A stretch of DNA of 64,000 nucleotides from Geosiphon pyriformis uo1. Its lineage: Eukaryota > Fungi > Glomeromycota. This document shows, in pieces, positions 23,600 through 37,100 of this stretch; position 1 is the stretch's first letter; every line of letters begins with the position of its first letter. Location: the NCBI GenBank assembly GCA_016748015.1, contig JAAOMT010000070.1:1-64000 (forward strand). Reading direction: 5' to 3'. The notes beneath the pieces are model-generated. The model did not search any database. It saw only the letters and a program-made list of their open reading frames with translations, and was not told the origin of the DNA. The translations under genes were made by a program, and so were the position numbers.

Positions 23600-26115
23600 T
23601 TTAAATATAATTTTTTATTAAAATAAAAAATAAAAAATAAAAATTTTTTTAATTAATATTAGTAAAAAATTTTTAAATTGTTTAATCTGAATAAATAATT
23701 TTTATTTTTTCTTATAAAATAAATTAATTTAATAAAATTTGTATTTGTAATATTGTTTAATTAATAATATGCTTAATGTTTTTTGTTTTTATAATAATAT
23801 TTTAATAAATATTTTAAAATAATAAAAATTTTTATGTATTTTAAAATAGTTTTTACAAATCAATTTTTAAAAAATTACAAAATTTTAGTTTTAAATAAGA
23901 TAATTATTAATTTAAATAATAAAGCTATTTTAAATACTTGTTAAGTTAAAATATGTTTAACTATATCCAATTTTGTAATTATTATTAAATAAAATATTAA
24001 TATTATTTATAATAAAAAAATTTTAATTAAATAGTTTAAAGTTAAATAATATTTTAATGTTTTATATAATAAATATATTAATATATTAACAAATATAATA
24101 ATATTTTTTGAATTTTTGTTTTTAGTTAATATAAAAAAATTATTTTTTATAACAAATAATAAAATAAAATTTAATAATATATAAAGTTTTATTAAGTTTA
24201 TTAATAATACAATTTAAAATATTTATTAAAAAACTGGTTTTAATATTAAATTAATAAAATTTTTTAATATATAATATTAAATAATACTATATTACTTTAG
24301 TGTAATATTTTAATTTATACATGGTTTTTGAATTTATTAATAAGTTTATAACAAATTTACATATATATATAATAATAATTTTATATAAAAAATTGTTTAT
24401 AGCTATTAAAAAGCATTTTTATAATACAAACTACTTAAATATTTTATGTTTTAAATACAGTAAGATAAAATTTTCTAATTATAGTTTTATTTGTTATTTA
24501 AATTTAAATATTTATTAAAAACATATTTTAATTTAGCAATTAATAATTAATACTAGTATAAATTTATTTACAATATTATAATTTTTTAATAATATGTAAT
24601 TATAATATTAATTTATGTATAATATTGTATAAAATTTTATGTTTAAAGATTAATTTACAAAAGCAGTATTAATTTTTAATAATATAAAAAATAGAATATT
24701 AAAGTTAATTGATTTTGTTCAAATTTTATAAATAATTATAAAAAAAATATTTGGCTATTAAACTTTAAACTTAAAACTAAATTAAAAAATGACCTTTTAT
24801 TTATTAATATAGTTATATAATATAATTTTATTATACTAAATAGCATTTAAATCTTGTTTATTAAAAAAAATATATAATTTAATTAGTTAAGTAATTAGTT
24901 ATATATAAGTTATATCTAATTTAAAATACTTAATTATTGTATTAAATTAAATAATAATTAGATTATACTTATTAAATATTTAAAAATAATTTTTTTTAAA
25001 TATTATTATTAAAATTAAGTTATTAAATTATTATTATTATTTACTATTTTTAAAATTGTAAAATTTTCAATAAAATTATTGTAATTTTATATTATATTTT
25101 CTTAAATAAAATTATTTTTTTTGATATTAAGTTAAAGTTTATTAATTTATAATAATATATTATTGTATAATTTAAGTTTTTATTTATTAATTGATTTTTT
25201 GTTTATATAATTTTTTAAAATTAAGAAATTAAATTTTTAGATTAATAATTAAAACTTGTTTTATTTTTTGGTTTTTTAATAATTAATATTAAAATTTTGT
25301 TATTATTATTATTATTATTTAAAAAAAATATATTTAATAATAATTCTTAAATATTAATAATATTATAACTATTAAAGCTTAAATTATTTGGTTTTTAATT
25401 GTAAAAAAATTATTTTTGAATTTTTAAGCTTATTATAATTTTAAAATATTATTTTATTAACTTAATGGTTTTTTGTTTTATGTTAAAGCTATTATTTTTT
25501 TGGTAATATTTTTAATTAATGTAACCAAAACTAAAAATTTTAAATGCTTAAATTATTTTTGTTAATAATATTTTAATAATTTGGTTTTTTTGTTAATTAT
25601 AAAAAAAGTGATTAATTTAATAATTAGTATTTAAATGTTTTATTTTAAAAAAATAACTTGTTAATATTACTAATATAATTATTAATATGTTTTAAAATTT
25701 TATTAACTTTAAAAATAAATTAATTGTTTTTAAAAAATTAAAAATTAAAAATTGTTTTTTGTTTATTATTAAAACTTTTTAAACTGTTATAATAGTAATA
25801 AAAATATTAAAACTGGTTTTAAAATATTGTTTAAAAAAATTTTGATTAAAAAAAAGTGTTTTTAAATTAATTAAAAACTGTATTATATTTTAATTATTAA
25901 AGTTTAAACTTAAATTAAGATATAAAAAAAATTAATAATAAGTAATAACTTTGTTTTTCTTAATATTTGTGGTTAAATAATTGTTAAATTTAAAAATTCT
26001 GTTTACAAAAAAAGTTTTGTTCATAAAATTTTAGTTTTATAATAAGTTTATTTATTTTAAATAAATTTTATAAAGTATTTAAAAGTAATAATATGTTCTT
26101 TTTGTTTAATATATA
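23600..26115 (+). pseudogene. Hyper-eroded LINE debris (RNase H/C-terminal zinc region, ORF1 C-terminus, second ORF2 C-terminus)
   Basis: ORF 24321 aligns with ORF 32911 (LHxRLxxAxxKxLY..LC..C) once G/C loss is allowed for; sequence is almost pure A/T. Confidence 0.6.
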
Positions 26116-26259
26116 ATAAAATAAAAACTTTTTTCTCTTTTTTGTCTTAATTCCCAAAAAAAAGTTCAGAATTTTAAAAGAAGTTTTTTCTGTTTTTTTG
26201 TTTTATATTTCATTTTTTTTCAAATATTAAACTTTTTTATTGTCAAACTAATTGCCATT

Positions 26260-28091
26260 ATGAGTAGTTCTAATATTAAAAAAAGTTGCTCAGAGTTTTA
26301 GCTTTAGGTTTTGTTAGTGAAAACTTGACTTAAAAGCAAAAGTTATTACTTAGTAATATTAAGCATTTTAAAGATAAAGTAAATTTAAGTTTTGAAAGTT
26401 TAAAGAAAGTTGTTAGCCAATTTGCTAAAATAAATATAAATAATAATGCTAATAGTAAGAGTGAAGTTTAGTTAGATTCTAAAATAAATATATCTAAAAC
26501 CAAAAGAGTCAATATTAGTGCTGTAATTGGTTTTTCAATCAGCTTTTTGGTCTATGATATGAATAATAAAAATAAGATCTTCTTCTTTTCTTATCTATTT
26601 ATCTCTTTGGACAAGAAGTGAATTGATCTAAAAATTATTAAAACTTAAGCAGAAGTTGCTGTTAAGAAATTGTTTGCTTTTAATATTAATTTTTCTGTGA
26701 TAAAATGCAAATTAGTAACAGCAAAAACTTAAGTTATTAGAAAGATTTTTTTATCAATTAATAGTTTTAGAAGGGTTACTACTTTTTCAAAATTTGAGAA
26801 AATTATTAAATCAACATTTACATTAGTGGAAAACATAGAAAAAACCACATTATTGGCCAGAAAAAAAGACATCAAAGTAAATGACAATCTTAAGAAACAA
26901 AAAATTAAGTCTAATTAAACTGTGATAATTAAAGAAATTTCTATAAACATACTAAAGAAAATGATTGTTGCCACAGTAGTTGAGTATGATCAAATAATGT
27001 CAATCTGATTGTAACTAATTAGACTGTAACAAAAAGCTGTAGTAAAGTTTGCCAAATTAGCTTAGACAGATTTTTTAGCAGCTAGATAATTATTTTTAAT
27101 TGGGAAAAATTCAGTGTGTATTGTTAAAGCTGTAAGAGATTGTGATATTTAAATGTCAAAAAATTGTTTTAGAGTGCTTTTATTTACTTTGCTGATAAGA
27201 ACAACAGTTTATAATTTGAACACTCTGTTAAAAGAGACTGGTAAAAAAACTTGTATTATTAATTATTTACTCAAAACTAACAATAGAGTTTGCTGTACTA
27301 TAATTGGCTTTAATTCAAAAAAGAAACTTGAATCTGTCTTTTATATAAAGCCAATTTTTGGTAATATAAAGTTCTCTTGGACTAGAATAAATTTGGTTTA
27401 TTGTGAAAAGTATAGGCATTTTAAACATTCTGTTTTAAAGTGTAATACACCAATTATATTTATTCCCAAGTCTTTAAAAACATTTAAAAAAACTATTTCA
27501 AATGAAAATTGACTTTTATTGATTAAGTTGTATATGAAAAAAAATGTTCTTATCTCCTGTTTTGCTGTTTTTGATGACAAATCATGGGCTTAGATTGTGT
27601 TATTGGCTTCTATTTATGATAATGCTCTCTTTGGTTTTAGTTTTGGCTTTTTTTTTGATATATCAAATACTATAAAGGTTTTTTTTTCTCTATAACATGT
27701 TTTATTTATTAAAACTTGCTTGGTTTTCTTGGAATGCTCTTTGAAATTATTGTCTGACCAGATTTCTAGTGTTCTGTGCAAGATAAATAATGTGGAACTG
27801 GTTTTTTTGGTATTTACCTTTTAGTTTTCTACTCCAACTTCCTCTTTGGTTTTAAATCTCAGTTTGGATTTAGATATAATTATAAATGTTTTGCAGATTT
27901 TGTCTTTACTTTTTTTGTTGATGATAATTAATATTTCAGATTTAAATCAGAACAGTTTCAAAATTTTGACAGCAAAAGTAAGTGGTCTAAAATCAAAACT
28001 GGTTGCACTTAAAAGTGTAATTAGATTAGTTTTATTTAAGTTAGATCAGATGTACATCAGTTTGAACTTTTTAGTAAGTATATTTTCTTAA
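26260..28091 (+). pseudogene. LINE copy 3 ORF1
   Basis: ORFs 27153 and 27846; degenerate knuckle CEKYRHFKHSVLKC. Confidence 0.8.
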
Positions 28092-31000
28092 TAACCAATT
28101 TTATTTGAAAAATTGCTATATGTAATATTAGAGAAATAAACAATTTAACAAAGCAGAAAAACATTGTTAAGTAATATAGAAAATTGGACAATATGGTTTC
28201 TGTAATTACTAAAACAGAGTTAAAAAACAGTCTAAGTCTTGAATTAAAAACAAGTTTCTGAGTTTAAAAGTTTTTATTTTTGGTTTAAATTCTGGCTATC
28301 TGGGCTTTAAGATAGCTATAATAATAAACAATAAGTTTGTTTAGCATGTATATAAGATCTCTGAAGTCTTAAGTTGTTTTTTTTTAGTTTGTTTGCTGTT
28401 TAGCAACAAAGTTTTAGTGATAATTATAAGTCTTTATGCTGGTGCTTTAACTGGTGTAAGATTTAACCAGGCTTTTGAAATAAACTTTTACATTACTAGA
28501 GCAGTTAATTCAAGTTTTCATTTAATACTAAAAAGTAATTTCAATAAGAATAATATAAGGCAAAATATGAGTTTTAAAAAATGTTTTAAGTTGAGTTTGC
28601 ACAATTTTTTGTTAAGTTTTTTAGCAGCTAAGCTCTCAACATAGAGCAATTCAAAAAATGTAGAAATAACTATTAATTATATTTTTGTCAATAAATATCT
28701 TTTAATAACTGTGATTAGACAGAAAATTAAAGGAATTTCAGATTTCTTTAATACTAACTATTCAACTATTGTTGTTTTTTTTGGTTTAGGTAGACTTCTA
28801 GATAAGCATCTAAATGTTATCTGAAAACAAACTAATAAAGACTGATAAAAGTTTGAATTTAAGGATACAAATAGTTTGAAATGAACTCAATTTAAAGAAT
28901 ACTTAACAAAAAGAATGTTTTGTATGCAGAATAGGTTTCAAAATATGAATAATTTGGGTGATTTGAATGCAATATAAAATCTTTTGAAAAAGATAATGGT
29001 CAAGTCTGTGAACAAAATTTTCTTTAAAAAATAGTTTAAGGACTTTGATATTGTTAAAAACAAACAATTTTCTAAGTTCTACAGATTAGAAATTTTGGTT
29101 TTAAAGATTGTTAGGGCATTTTCTTCAAAAAACATTTTTGAGTTTGATTGTCTTGATCAGATTTGGTCAAAATTGAATGTTAGTAAATTCATCTTGTTGT
29201 CTTTTTTGATTAAAAATAAAATGAAAAGCAAAAAATTCTCTTCTATTTGTTAATAATTAAGAAAAAGTATTGAGCATCCAAATATCAGAAATCTAAAGCT
29301 TCAAAAACAACTGTAATCAAGAATACCATTGATAAGAGAATAGAGAATTTTTGTATTGATAAGAATCAAATAATTGGGAGTGTTTTAGAAAAACCTTTCT
29401 ATAAGGTAGTATTAGATTATTTAATAGTAGATAATAAGTTGATTTTGGAATCTGAGTTGATAAAAAACAAAGTAAATGTAATAATAAAAAACTGGACAAA
29501 AAAAAGATTGGTGTCTAAAATAGTGCTAATTTTTTGGTCTCATTAGTATAAGTCTTTAAATTATATCAAAGATAATACATTTTTTGGAATTATAAAACAT
29601 ATTAGCATAAAAGAATTAGTTTGGGTTATAAAAAGATTGTTAAATAGCAAAGCCATTGGCTTGTCTGATATTTTAAATAAACTGTAAAAACACTGTGGTT
29701 TTGAAGTCATGATTTGTTTTTTGGTTTTGCTAAATGCTTGTCTGGTTGCTAAAACAATTCTCACTTTATGGAAGAGAACATAAGTTTCTATGATTCCAAA
29801 GCCATATAATTAGAATGGTGTGTTAATTAATACAAGGTTTATAACATTAATAGAAACAGCTTAGAAGATTTTGTCAAAAATTTTCTTAGATCAGATCTCT
29901 TTTGTATATAGCAATTTTGGTGTTTTTTGTGAAGATAACTTTTCAATATTGAAAATATTTCAATTTGGTTTTTTGTGTTTATGGTTAGCTTGATAGTTGA
30001 AGATATATTGGAAAAGAATAGGGAGTTGTAGTTAATTTTGCAGAATATATAAAAAGCTTATGACTCAGTTGGCTAATATTATTTGAAAAACAGCTTAAGG
30101 CATATTAAGATGTGTAAATAGTTTATTAATTTTTTTGTCATCATATATTAGGACAAAATAAACAGAGTTATAACTAATTTTGGCTTTTTAAAAAGCTAGT
30201 ATGTACATAATAAGTTGAATTAAAGTGAAGTTTTCTCCTTTTTTTTTGAAAAATATTTTATGATTTCTTTTTTTGTAAAGTAAAAAGACATAAACATTTA
30301 TGTGATTACCAAAATTGATATGAAGTTTGTGGCCAAGACTGGCAAAATAAAAAATACAGAAAAATAAACATTGTTTTTTGCAGCAAACACTTTTGTTGAT
30401 AATACTATTTGGGTAGAAAATAGTTAGGCTTTGACTCAGTACATTTTGAATATTGTCAGCAAATTTTTTAGACTCAATAATATTTCAATTAATAATAATA
30501 AGATAATGGCCATTTTTATTAACAGAAAAATAAAAGATATATTATTAAGTATTTGTGAATGTCCTATTTTTATTGTTAAAAAGAATAAGTCACACCAATA
30601 CTTGGGAATTTTTCTCTTTACTAAGAGTTTTTCTAGTCTTAGTTTGGTCAAAGCTTATTTGGATATCAGATTTTTTATTAATGTGGTTTTAAGAAAAGCT
30701 ATTTCAGATAATTAATTTTGTTATTTAGTTTCTGCTATCTTACAGTCTATAGTTAATTACTATATGCAGTTTAGTTATGTTTTGATTAGTATTTGCTGTT
30801 GTTATAAATAATTATTTGAGATGTTAGAACAAATAACAAACCTGTAACTTAGTGCTTAATAGCTGGAAATGTTGGTAATTTCTGAAAGTTTTGAAGTTTA
30901 AAGATTTTAATTAAGTCATTTGTATAATAAACAAAAATTCAATTGATAGTTTCTTTTGTAAATTTCTTTTTTTAGCATTATGGCCAGTTTATTCTGGCAG

Positions 31001-33313
31001 TTGTGCCCTTCTGGTAAGCTATTCTTAAATTTCTACTTTTTTTTTTAGGTTTTTTATCAGGCTATCTTTGACATTAATTACTTAGTGCTTAAATTTTTTA
31101 ATCGATTAGTAAACAACAAAGAAACAAAATAAAAAAAAATAAAAAAAAAGAAAAAAAAGAAAAAAAGAAAATAAAAATTAATATTTCATTAATAATTGGG
31201 ATTAAAAACTATTAATCTAATATAGTTAAGTATTAGATTCTATTAATATTCTATGTTAATAGAGTAAAATAAATTAATATTTCTTTAATCAAATAATAAT
31301 AATATGAATTAGATAATAATAAATAATTTTATTGATATAGAAATAATGCTATTTTAAGTTATAGAAAACTATCTTTTAAAAAAAGAAGTATTGTTGTTCT
31401 AAACTTTATTGAATTTTCTTGGAATTACTTTTTTTGCTTTTAATACTCTTGCTATATATACATAATTTATGTTATACAAAATTTTTTGAAATCTTTCAAT
31501 TCCTTAAAAAAAATTCTGAAATTCTGAAATCTTGCAATTTTTTGAGAAAAATCCTGAAATTTTTTTTTTACTATGCTTATTTCTAATTGGCTATTTTATT
31601 TATTATTATAATTCCTATTTTCTATAAGTAATACTGTAAGTGGGATATTTTAATTAAAAAAAGCTTAAGACAAAAGACTAAATTGCTTAGAAACTTTCCT
31701 AATAAAACTTTGTATCATTTACTATTATACAATTTGAAATTCTTTGAACAATTATAGGCTAAAGATAAAATGGTTTCAGTTGTTTTTTTTGTAAATTTAA
31801 AGAGTGTTTTAGGCCAATTGTTTGATTATTGTTTCTTAAACTTACAAGTTTTGGGCTGGGCTCTAGTTAATCTTTTACAGTATTTTGTTAAGTTGAGAAT
31901 TAATCTTGTAAACAATTTTTTTGCTAAAGTAATAAGTGTGTTTCTAGATAATAAGCTTTCTTTAACAAACAATTTACTTTAGACTTTTCATAGTCTTAAC
32001 AGGTTTTTAACATTTAATATTTTGGAAAAAACAGTGTACTATAAAACAGTGGCTTTTCTAAAGCATTTTGGTGTTGCTTTTGGGAACAAATTCATGGACA
32101 AGCATAAGAAGCTGATGACCAAAAAACATTTTGTCATTGGAAAAAATTAGATTTTAGGAGTTCTGTTTCAGCTTGGTTTGTTGTAGTATTTTGTTTTATG
32201 AGTAGATTAAAGTCTGTTGCTAGAAGTAAAATGGTCTTTAATCTGGTATTTTTTAGTGTTTTGGATTTGGATGACTTTGAATTTGTAAAGGATTTTTTGT
32301 ATAAGTTTAAGCAAATGTGTTTAAGATATATATTAATAATTCACTAAAAAATTTGGGCTTAGTGAAAGTAGTAGAAAAGATGGCTATGTATTTTTCAAAT
32401 GTAAATAAAAACATTAATATTGGTATTTTTGATATAGTTTCTTCTATAATGGCTGAATTGCAAACTGTTGCTTTGGTTTTAAAATATGTGCTATTATTCA
32501 ATATTGTAATTTTGTATCTTAATAGTTAGATGACTATTGATGCTTATATGCTAAAATTTGGCTTAGTAAAGCCAAACTTTTACAATTGGTGCTAGATAGA
32601 AAAACATTATGTTGCTAATTTAATAGTAAATAAAAATCTAAAAATAATCTGGTCAAAGATTAAAAGACACTTGGGTATTTTTGGTAATAAGTATATTAAT
32701 AAGTTGGTTGAGACTGTTACTTGCTTCTTTTAGTTACTTTTTGTTGAAATAATAGAGAGATATTTAATTGTTAATGGCTTGGTTATTTTTGGTAATACTT
32801 ATTACTTTACTCAAAACATTTATAAAGCAATTGCTAGTACATATTAGAAAGCAGGTCTTGGAACTAATATTGTTGTTAGTTTTTTTGTTTGTAAAATTGA
32901 TTGAATTTAGATGACTCTAGTTTGGTATCTTAATTCTTATATGTTTACAGATATTATTAGTAAAACTACAGCTGGTTTCAGAACTTACATGATAAAGACT
33001 GCTCATAAGAGACTTCTAATTACAGTCTACAAAAGACTATATAGCAAGTTATATTCAGATGTTTTTTGTTTACTTTGTGAAAACATGAAGTTTTTGGATT
33101 ATTTATTTATATGTTTTAGTAATGCAAATTAATGAAAAGAGTTAATTATAGGTCATATTAAGTTTTGGTCATCTATAGCTAATAATATGACTTCTAAGTC
33201 ATTTTTTGTGATATGATTCTTTCTTTTTTGCTTTTTTAATATTGAAATATACATGATACTTAACAAAAGTTTTATTATGAAAGATTGAATCAAAAATGCT
33301 ATATAAAATATAA
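28091..33313 (+). pseudogene. LINE copy 3 ORF2 (endonuclease, reverse transcriptase, RNase H)
   Basis: ORF fragments 28393, 30431, 31770, 32317 and 32911 in canonical order. Confidence 0.88.
30800..31633 (-). repeat. Solo LTR, family B
   Basis: Perfect TSD CTGT/CTGT; LINE frame IC(C/R)KWD is restored on removal. Confidence 0.92.
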
Positions 33314-34137
33314 TGTTACTTATAAAATATAGAAATTATATTAACATATAAATTAGCCAATCAAAAGTAGATATAGTAAATAGAGAATTCCAGAATTTCT
33401 CTCAAAGAAATTGCAGGATTTCAGAATTTCAGAATTCTTGTATAAAGAATTGCAGAATTCCAGGATTCCAGAAATTCCAGAATTCTTGATGCAAAAAATT
33501 AAGAAATTGAGAAATCTCAATTATATATATATAGTAATAGCATTAAAAGCAGAAAAAACAGACATCTGAGTTCTACTTCTTAGTTAGCATTTATACACTT
33601 TATTAATAAATATACTTATTAATTTTATTAATTCAATTGTCTATTATTAACACTTTATGTTAATAGTAAATCATACTTAACTACACTAGAACAATAGCTT
33701 TTGATCATGGCTATTGACAGGATACTAACTTGCCTTGGCTTAATTTCTTTATTTTTTTTTATTTTTTTATTTTGTAATTTTTGTTTATTGTTTACTAAAT
33801 TAAGTAAGAATTAAGTGCTGAATTATTGATGTTAAAGAACTGGTAAAAAATCTGAGAACAAGAGTAAAAACTCATGAAATTAAGGATAACTTATTAGGAA
33901 ATTACCAGCCACCATGTTAAAAAAAAAATTTGATAAAATTGTGATTCTGAAAGACTATGAATAAAACAACTATTGAATCTTTGTCCATTATACAAAAAAC
34001 TTAAATCCAAAATCTTCAGATTAACAAAACTTTCAGATCATAAAAAACTTCAGAGATTATTATTATTATATCAACTATTAAGCACCAAATTACAGATTTG
34101 TTATTTGCTTTGAGACTTCAAATAATTACTTGTAATA
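33314..34137 (+). repeat. B1 5' LTR
   Basis: TGTTAC..TGTAATA; matches 63370 onward. Confidence 0.92.
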
Positions 34138-34152
34138 TTTGGTGCTTCCTAT
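34138..34152 (+). promoter_or_regulatory. B1 primer binding site
   Basis: TTTGGTGCTTCCTAT directly after the LTR; TGG is complementary to the tRNA CCA end. Confidence 0.85.
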
Positions 34153-34199
34153 AAGGTATAATCCTACAAAAAACCAGCACTAACTACAATTATTCAAAA

Positions 34200-37100
34200 G
34201 TAGCAGAATTGGAAAAAATAAGAACAAACTATTTAGGATTTACCAAATTTTTATTTTAATATTACTGTCAATACTTGGGATTAACCAGTAACCACTTATC
34301 AGCAGAATCAGTCTTTAATTTCTATGTCAACAAAAAAATTTTCTATTTTCTAAAAACAACAGTAAATATCAAATTAGCAAGAAGAAATTTTTACGACAAA
34401 TTAATTCAAAACACCAGCTTATCAGTAACTCATAATTTCGCATCAATTATCACTAAAATTAACCAAAAAATTAAAAATTATATTTAACAAAGATATCCAA
34501 TTATCTATGTAAACAAGAATAAGGAAAAACTACAAACATTAGCAATAACACCTCAAAGAATACAACCACCTACTTGGAAGAAAACAAGAGTTAAATCACC
34601 AACTAATCTATTATATTACTACACATTTAGAAATGCCATCAACATTTTATCAACTGGTGCATTCACATCAAATACAAAAACAGCATTAGCCTGACTTTTA
34701 TTTCAAAGTAAACAAAAGAAAGCAAAGTTATTAAAAACCTATAATGATTATTTTGAAGGATTTAATTTACAATTACCAATGCCATTAGAATTTTGATCAC
34801 CGCCTCCTTAATCAGATTTCAAAACTGCCAGTTTTTGGAAAATTATGAAATCAGAAAAAAAAGATAAAAATTAGGAATTTAATTATCAAAACCCAATCTT
34901 AGAAAACACAGAAATACAAACTCCGAATATTCAAGCTCAATAAAATCAGAACAATCTTAATTCTAACATTATTAATTAGCAAAACTTACCTTCAGTAATT
35001 ATGATTGGTCAACCACCAATTAAACCAATTGCCAAATTATCTCAACAGTCACAATCATAACCACAACCACAACAACAACTTCAATAGCTCCAACAACTAA
35101 TTGTACCAATAACATATGTCCCAATTACCAAAATTAAAAAATTTACTGACAAGGAAGATAATGCACAAGTGTGACTAAACAATATAAAAAAAATCATTGC
35201 AGCCAATGGATAGAACAATGCCAAAGCAATACAAACCATTTCTTATTTTTTTCAGGACATTGCTGATTTATAGTATCAAAACTTAACAAACAAATCCCAA
35301 AATTTCAACATATTCAAACTTGAGTTTCTTAAATATTTTAGTAATAACAACAGTATCAACTATCTGGCAAATACTCTTACTACAATTAAACAAGAAGATA
35401 CTAAAGCAGTTACCACTTACTTAGGACACTTTCATCAAAATTTGCGCCAAATCCAAACAATTGATGCCAACTATTTTACAGAGCCACAAATCTTAAACCA
35501 GTTTATTTGTGGCTTATGCAGTAGTATCCTTCAACATGTATGCTCATTATATTCAGCCAACTTTCAAGCAGCAGTTACTTATACCAGAAATTTTGAATTA
35601 GTAAAACTCGAAACCAATCATGCCCAAGCTGTAAATTTAGTAATAAACAGATTATTTGACTTAGACTCAAAATTAAAACAGTTCAGTAACTCAATTAATC
35701 AGAAAATTGAGGGATATTTAATTAATAATCAAGCAATTTATTAACCTTCACAATAACACAATAATCAAAAAACTCAAATTGTTTTCAAAATCAGTCACAT
35801 TTATCATCATTCACAGATTAATTATGGCAGCAAATGTATATCTATTACTACTGTAGTAAACAAAAACACTTAAAAATAGACTGCTGATTGAGATTAAATA
35901 ATCAATAATTAGAAGACTAATATCAAAACTCTGATCACCAATTTCAAACTCCAAGTTATCAGCCAAACTCAAAATCTTATTAACCTCATTACTTACCAAT
36001 AATGTAACAACTAATATACACACCTCCAATTTATCAACCATTACCATCAGTAATCTATCAATCACTATTGTCTCAAGTAATCTATCAATCCCAACTAATT
36101 CAAACACCACTTCAAATCTCAGCTCAAAAAACAACAGAAAATCCAAGATCAAGAGTCATCCAAAACTGGAAATCAGTGATAACCATATACCAACTAATCT
36201 CCAGTTCTTCCAATCAATAATTAGGATCACACCAGTGGAGTTTAGAAATTGTGAATGCTCAAAACCTGAATTCTCAACACTATTTGAGTTTTTGGTAACC
36301 CCAGAAAATGCCTCATGTAATAATCTAAAATTCAACTAAAAACAGCTACTTACCAGCAACATTCTACCAGCAGTCATCATTAAAAACAAATCTATAGCAG
36401 CCATATTCTCTTTTGAATTAGAAGAACCAGTTTTAACTCTTTTGTTTAGTGGAGCCATTCTCAACACCAAATTTTTTACAGCAATGTACACCAATACCAA
36501 AGTTAATAGTTATCCCAATAAATTAATATTAAACAGTAGTTTAGCAGGCAGCATTATTACATGACAATTCATAAACCAATTAGGTTGCTAAGTTGATCAT
36601 GCTGCCAGCACCAGAATTATCACTGTTAATGGAACTACCAAAACTCTAATTGGCAAAATTGATAACTTTTCATTTGAAGTCAATAGCATTACTATATTCA
36701 TTAAAGTATTAGTGATAGAAACTACTCAATACTAAGCTCTTGTTGGTAATAACTGGCTAACAAAGACCAATGCTGTATTTGATTGGACCACCCAAGAATT
36801 GCAATTCAGCCAAAATGGCCAGCACACACAAGTACCAGCAACTTGTGATCACTTTAAACTTACAACCATGCCAGCACCACTAATTAACATTGAAGAAAAA
36901 ATAAACAAACTTATCTAAGAAGCCTATCAAGTCTTATGGACTAACACCAACCACAACAAACTGCCATCAATACTCTCTTGAGATGACAAGAGAAAAAGAA
37001 AAAAAGAAGATAAACTCAAAAAAATCACAACCATAAAAGAAATAACTAGTGGTTGAAAAAAATTATACTTACACAAACTCATCAAAAAACCACCACACAT

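Larger units (their letters stand above)
26120..33313 (+). mobile_element. LINE copy 3 (ORF1; ORF2 APE-RT-RNaseH-Cys domain), cut near its 3' end by Gypsy B1
   Basis: 5'UTR like that at 7740-7830; APE from 28091; RT AANTFVDNTIW (~30380-30415) and YLGIFL; RNase H IYINNSLKN..MAELQ (32317); Cys motif ~33060-33120. Confidence 0.9.

Noticed and set aside
21061-26115. Organellar DNA, an alternative genetic code or a centromeric satellite
   Set aside because: The block aligns to LINE ORF1/ORF2 after allowing for G/C loss; stops fall at former Trp, Gln and Arg codons; no long-range periodicity
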